From Bacteroidia bacterium (lineage in GTDB: Bacteria; Bacteroidota; Bacteroidia; M30B66): a stretch of DNA of 64,000 nt. The stretch lies in NCBI GenBank assembly GCA_965279035.1, contig OZ257142.1, positions 992,001 to 1,056,000 of the forward strand. Reading direction: 5' to 3'. Below the pieces are notes generated by a model that had not been told where the DNA came from, did no database searches, and was given only the letters and a program-made list of their open reading frames with translations. The position numbers and the translations under genes were made by a program. Shown piece by piece: positions 59,382 through 64,000 of this stretch; position 1 is the stretch's first letter, and each line of letters starts with the position of its first letter.

Positions 59382-62300
59382 TTAAGCCTCGTTGGCAGAT
59401 TTGTTACGGATTTTTGTCAGGTAGAATACCGATGGTTGAGTGCCTACTTCTTCAAGAAGTTGATACTTACGTTCGTTATTCCATGCCTTACGTACTTCTG
59501 ATTCTTGATCGTTAAAATCACCAAACGAAATTGCATTTGTTGGGCAAGCTTGTTGACAAGCAGTTTTAATTGATCCGTCTTTTGGACGACTGCTATTTTT
59601 CTTAGCATCAAGTTTACCAGCTTGAATTCGTTGGATACACATTGAGCATTTTTCCATTACCCCACGTGAACGAACGGTTACATCTGGATTTAATACCATT
59701 TTACCTAAATCGTCATACATGTTGAAATCAAACTCAACATTTTCATTATAACGGAACCAGTTGAAACGACGAACTTTATATGGACAGTTGTTCGCACAAT
59801 AGCGAGTACCAATACAACGGTTATACGTCATTTGATTCAAGCCTTCTAAACTATGTGTAGTTGCTAGAACCGGACATACAGTTTCACATGGAGCATGATT
59901 ACAATGCTGACACATGATTGGTTGGAAAACAACTTCAATAGTATCTGTTGCTGAAGGAACTTCCATCTTAAGGAACTTGTCGATAGCACCGATTCCATCT
60001 TTTTCTGCTACTTCTTCGTTCATGTCTGAACTATAATAGCGGTCGATTCTCATCCAATGCATTTCTCTGCTTCGACGAACTTCGTCTTTCCCTACAACAG
60101 GTACATTATTTTCAGCAGTACAACTAATAACACACGATCCACATCCAATACAGGAGTTAAGATCGATGGCCATATTCCAGAAATGGTTTTTATTCTCAAA
60201 CGAATCCCAAAGATTCAATTCCTTCGCAGTTGCTTTACCGTCTTTACCAATAGTTTTCAGATTGGTCGAATACAGTAAATCTTCGTTACCAGCTTTTGAA
60301 TCTTTCTTGTATTCGGCAAGTGTAGATTCTTTTACAATCTCACGTCCCATCATAGTATGGTGGGTTTGAGTTGCTGCTATATGATATTTCCCCTTACTTT
60401 CAGAAACAGTAATTCCAGAATTTATGAATTGGAATGTACCATCTACAAAAGTTGTCAATGGATAAGCATTCGCTCCAATTCCATTTGCAGTTTTACCTGC
60501 TGCAGTTCTACCATAGCCAAGCGCTATAGCAATTACTCCCTTAGGTAAACCTGGTTGAGCTACTACTGGAAGTTGTATTGAATTAGATCCAGATTTTACT
60601 TCAACGATATCAGATTCTTGCTCTTGTCCCATTAATGGATTGAATCCTTTCTCCTTCATTTCTTCAGGATTCATCAATACATAATTGTCCCAAGTAACCT
60701 TTGTCATTGGATCAGGAAATTCTTGAAGCCAAGGGTTGTTAGCTTGATTTCCAGTTCCAGTTCCTGTTTTTTGGTAAGTAATGAGTTCGACTCCAGATGC
60801 TTTACCAGCTTTAGCAACAATTGCAGATGCAGCAGTACTTACATCTCCACTAATTGGTGAACTGGAAACAGGAGTTGGTGACGTGATTAATTCAACTTTA
60901 ATAGCAGCAGGTACTACAGCTGTAGTTGTTGCTATTTCTGGCATGGTCGCTATTGGTGTTGCACTTGCCATTACGCCATCGTGCAATGAGCGGAACCAGA
61001 AATCATTGAAACTTAAGAAACCTGTAGAAGATGGATAAACGCTAGTTTCCCAAACTTTCGAAATATAATCGTGTGCATTGCTTGTATTACCCGCCCAAGT
61101 CAAAACACTTTCAAGAAACTGACGAGTTTCAAATAATGGATTGATTGTCGGTTGACCAAGTGCATAATGTCCTTTGCGAGGATTTGCATCTGTCCATGAC
61201 TCTAAATAATGATGATCAGGTGCAACTATTTTGCATGCTGCAGCAGTTTCATCAACGCGATCAGCAAATGAAACTGAAAGACTTACTTTAGAAAGAGCCT
61301 CTTTAAATGCAGAACCGTTTGGTAAAGTATAAACAGGATTTACATTATGGATTAAAAGAGCACCAACTATACCAGCAGTCATATCTGCTACTAAAGCATT
61401 TACAGCTGCATCATCACCTTGACGAGTGTAATCTTCTACATCTTTATTAATCGTAGTACCATATGAACCCAAATGAGAGTTGATTGCATTTACGATTTGT
61501 TGAATATTAGCATCATTGCTACCACATACAACTAAAGCTTTTCCTTTAGCCTCATTTAATTCTTTTGCCAATTCAGCTATTGAAGCATCTTTAGCATCTA
61601 AACTTTTAGAAGGAAGATTACTACCAGTAAGTTTATTGTAAAGATTTATAACTGCTAATCCAATTTGGGATGGTTTAACCGCAATACGTTTATCTGCATT
61701 CGAACCAGAAACAGAAAGCAATGATTCTATTTGAACGTGACGAGACATTTTCTTCTCGTCTTTATTCAATTTACGAGTTGCTGCATATTGACGTGCATGC
61801 TCAACTGGACTAAGCCAATTGGCTAAGAAATCACATTCAATTCCAACAATATAATCTGCTTTATCAAAATTGTATGTTGGCACGAATGATTTTCCAAATG
61901 ATGCCAAGTTAGCATTAGCAATTCCTTTGTATGAAATCGTATCGTATGTTACAACTTGAGTTGTAGGATATTTAGTTGTGAATTCTGCGATGGCAGATTT
62001 TATCGATGGGCTGATCAATGTAGAAGTCAGGATACGAATAGAACCACCAGCAGCAGCAATACTTGCAAGCTTTGAATTAACTTCAGAATCGACAGACTTC
62101 CAATCACTCTGTTTGCCATTCATCATAGCGCCTTTAATTCGCGCACTATCATAGAGTGATAAAACAGAAGCTTGAACACGAGCATGTGATCCTCCTTTAG
62201 TAATGGAACAAAGTTCATTGCCATCTACTTTGATAGGACGACCTTCACGTGTTTTAACTAAAACTCCAGCGAAATCATTTCCATCCCAATAAGAAGATGC

Positions 62301-62582
62301 ATAATAATTTGCAACTCCGGGTGTGATTTCTTCTGGCTTATTTAGATATGGGATTGCCTTGCGAACAGGTGTCTCACAAGCAGCTAAAGATGCTGCCGTA
62401 ACACTAAATCCTAGAAATTTAAGAAAATCTCTACGGTTTGTTGATGAATCCACGATGCGCTCGTCACCGAGGAATTGATCAACCGGAAGGTCTTCTGCAA
62501 ACTCATTTTGCTGAAGTTTTACAAACTCAGGTGTTGCCTGAAGTTCTTCTATTCCTTTCCAGTATTTCTTCGAATTGCTCAT
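59382..62582 (-). CDS. actB: Alternative complex III subunit B (molybdopterin-fold + Fe-S), Tat lipoprotein
   Basis: KKYWK, RRDFLK...LAAC, EGRPIK; CIGCGSC, CQHCNHAPC, CIGTRYC, CSMC...CQQAC. Confidence 0.95.
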   Translation of the reverse strand: MSNSKKYWKGIEELQATPEFVKLQQNEFAEDLPVDQFLGDERIVDSSTNRRDFLKFLGFSVTAASLAACETPVRKAIPYLNKPEEITPGVANYYASSYWDGNDFAGVLVKTREGRPIKVDGNELCSITKGGSHARVQASVLSLYDSARIKGAMMNGKQSDWKSVDSEVNSKLASIAAAGGSIRILTSTLISPSIKSAIAEFTTKYPTTQVVTYDTISYKGIANANLASFGKSFVPTYNFDKADYIVGIECDFLANWLSPVEHARQYAATRKLNKDEKKMSRHVQIESLLSVSGSNADKRIAVKPSQIGLAVINLYNKLTGSNLPSKSLDAKDASIAELAKELNEAKGKALVVCGSNDANIQQIVNAINSHLGSYGTTINKDVEDYTRQGDDAAVNALVADMTAGIVGALLIHNVNPVYTLPNGSAFKEALSKVSLSVSFADRVDETAAACKIVAPDHHYLESWTDANPRKGHYALGQPTINPLFETRQFLESVLTWAGNTSNAHDYISKVWETSVYPSSTGFLSFNDFWFRSLHDGVMASATPIATMPEIATTTAVVPAAIKVELITSPTPVSSSPISGDVSTAASAIVAKAGKASGVELITYQKTGTGTGNQANNPWLQEFPDPMTKVTWDNYVLMNPEEMKEKGFNPLMGQEQESDIVEVKSGSNSIQLPVVAQPGLPKGVIAIALGYGRTAAGKTANGIGANAYPLTTFVDGTFQFINSGITVSESKGKYHIAATQTHHTMMGREIVKESTLAEYKKDSKAGNEDLLYSTNLKTIGKDGKATAKELNLWDSFENKNHFWNMAIDLNSCIGCGSCVISCTAENNVPVVGKDEVRRSREMHWMRIDRYYSSDMNEEVAEKDGIGAIDKFLKMEVPSATDTIEVVFQPIMCQHCNHAPCETVCPVLATTHSLEGLNQMTYNRCIGTRYCANNCPYKVRRFNWFRYNENVEFDFNMYDDLGKMVLNPDVTVRSRGVMEKCSMCIQRIQAGKLDAKKNSSRPKDGSIKTACQQACPTNAISFGDFNDQESEVRKAWNNERKYQLLEEVGTQPSVFYLTKIRNKSANEA

Positions 62583-62619
62583 ACTTCGTAAAAGTCCGGT
62601 TTATGAAGGAGGATGTGGA

Positions 62620-63882
62620 TCAATAATGACATTTAGAGCATTCCAAACCACCGATTTTTCCAATCGTGAATTTGTCGCCTTTTTTATATGCTGGGTCGTT
62701 TACAAATTGCTTGTGAAGCTCTTCGTAATACTTATTGTCTTTGTAATCAACTTCCGTTTGACGGTGACAGTCGATACACCATCCCATCGTTAATGGAGAA
62801 TTTTGTTTTACAACGGCCATTGAATCAACAGCTCCGTGACATTGTTTACATTCAATTTTACCAACTTTTACGTGTTGACTGTGATTGAAATAAACATGAT
62901 CAGGAAGATTGTGAACGCGTATCCATTGAATTGGTTTTTTGTTCGGTCCATAAACACGTGTCTCCGGATTGTAATCTAGAGCCGTATATATTTTCTTAAT
63001 CTCTTCTGTTCCAGTTACAGCGCCTTGTTGAATGTATGCATGACAATTCATACAAACATTGGCTGAAGGAATATTCGCGTGTTTAGATTTTTCTACACCA
63101 CTGTGGCAATAAACACAAGCAATTTTGTTTTGTCCAGCATGTATTTCGTGAGAAAATTTTATCGGTTGTTCAGGAGCATAACCTTGATATACGCCTACAC
63201 CCATTAATCCATCCCATCCTTGTTTCAATACCCAAATAACAAGAAGTAAACTAGCTAAAGCGACAATCTTTTTGTTTTGAGAAGCCCAGAAACGGAAACG
63301 CTCAAGTGGCCCTAAAACTGGTTTTGGCTCAACATGTATTCCGTTTTTCTCATTCACTAATGTTTCAAGAGAAGCCTTAACAGTTCCAAGAACATTAATT
63401 AAAACAATCAATAAAATGCCTAGCCCAAGTAAAACATAAAAGTATGTTTCATTACTAGCTGATTTTACTTCGGATGCTGAAGTCCCCGCTGCGTTAGCAT
63501 CTGTTGGAGTTGTAGCTACTGGAGCATCGCCACCTTTATCTGCCCAATTGATGACAGCTATTATTTCGGCATCAGATAATGCTTGTGCAGGCATGGGAGA
63601 ATTCCCATTGTCAGCAAATAGCTTATTAGCATAAGCATCTCCGGTTTTTAAAAATTCCGCAGAATTCTTAACCCAAGAAATGAGTTTTGCTTCATCTGTC
63701 CAACGGCTTTTAACGCCTTTAAGACCGGGACCAACTAATTTCTGATCAGTTGGCTTGTGGCAGGATGCACAATTGCCTTTAAACAACTTTGCTCCATCTT
63801 GAGCATAAGTCGAATTAGCAGTGAAGGCAACAGTAAAAAATACTGCCAGAACACGTATGATATGGGAACGGAATAGATGCAT
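62620..63882 (-). CDS. actA: Alternative complex III multiheme cytochrome (1+5 CxxCH)
   Basis: CASCH, then TM segments, then CVYCH, CMNCH, CKQCH, CIDCH, CSKCH. Confidence 0.95.
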   Translation of the reverse strand: MHLFRSHIIRVLAVFFTVAFTANSTYAQDGAKLFKGNCASCHKPTDQKLVGPGLKGVKSRWTDEAKLISWVKNSAEFLKTGDAYANKLFADNGNSPMPAQALSDAEIIAVINWADKGGDAPVATTPTDANAAGTSASEVKSASNETYFYVLLGLGILLIVLINVLGTVKASLETLVNEKNGIHVEPKPVLGPLERFRFWASQNKKIVALASLLLVIWVLKQGWDGLMGVGVYQGYAPEQPIKFSHEIHAGQNKIACVYCHSGVEKSKHANIPSANVCMNCHAYIQQGAVTGTEEIKKIYTALDYNPETRVYGPNKKPIQWIRVHNLPDHVYFNHSQHVKVGKIECKQCHGAVDSMAVVKQNSPLTMGWCIDCHRQTEVDYKDNKYYEELHKQFVNDPAYKKGDKFTIGKIGGLECSKCHY

Positions 63883-63925
63883 AGACCAGCAGGTAGGATG
63901 ACCCCTATTTCAGTTTTAACGGCTG

Positions 63926-63933
63926 CAAATTTA
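63926..63933 (-). promoter_or_regulatory. -7 element of the act-cox operon promoter
   Basis: TAAATTTG about 45 nt upstream of the actA start. Confidence 0.6.
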
Positions 63934-64000
63934 ACCGTTAACCCTTTCCTTTATGATTTTTTTTGAGTTTGTTGATAATTTAGAATAGTTCTAAATAATT

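Noticed and set aside
63884-63907. Third TAGGGGT upstream of actA as an ECF promoter
   Set aside because: Followed by TGGTC at 12 nt rather than TTGTC at 14 nt, and a primary-sigma -7 element already sits upstream

Overview
AT-rich, gene-dense chromosomal window from a Bacteroidota bacterium. Evidence for the phylum: TAnnTTTG -7 promoter elements, T9SS C-terminal sorting domains, and an ACIII-aa3 operon. No transposase, integrase, prophage, CRISPR array or rRNA is visible. Housekeeping content: partial alkB, acyl-CoA ligase, kup, serC-serA-DUF1015-yggS, tRNA-Leu(GAG), aroK, nusB, leucine dehydrogenase, ABC exporter, ubiX, queG, ruvB and actABCDEF-coxB-coxA. Three accessory loci stand out. (1) At 43.8-49.9 kb, five envelope proteins in different predicted compartments each carry a Cys pair, suggesting a thiol-disulfide relay across the outer membrane. 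(2) At 3.5-5.6 kb, four tiny lipoproteins each have exactly four non-lipidated Cys and sit next to a DoxX/MauE-thioredoxin membrane protein. (3) At 18.4-26.8 kb, an ECF sigma/FecR signalling unit has its STN domain on a 16-aa-repeat protein instead of a TonB-dependent transporter, with a candidate promoter TAGGGGT-N14-TTGTC present twice. All family calls come from motif recognition by eye; no database search was run.
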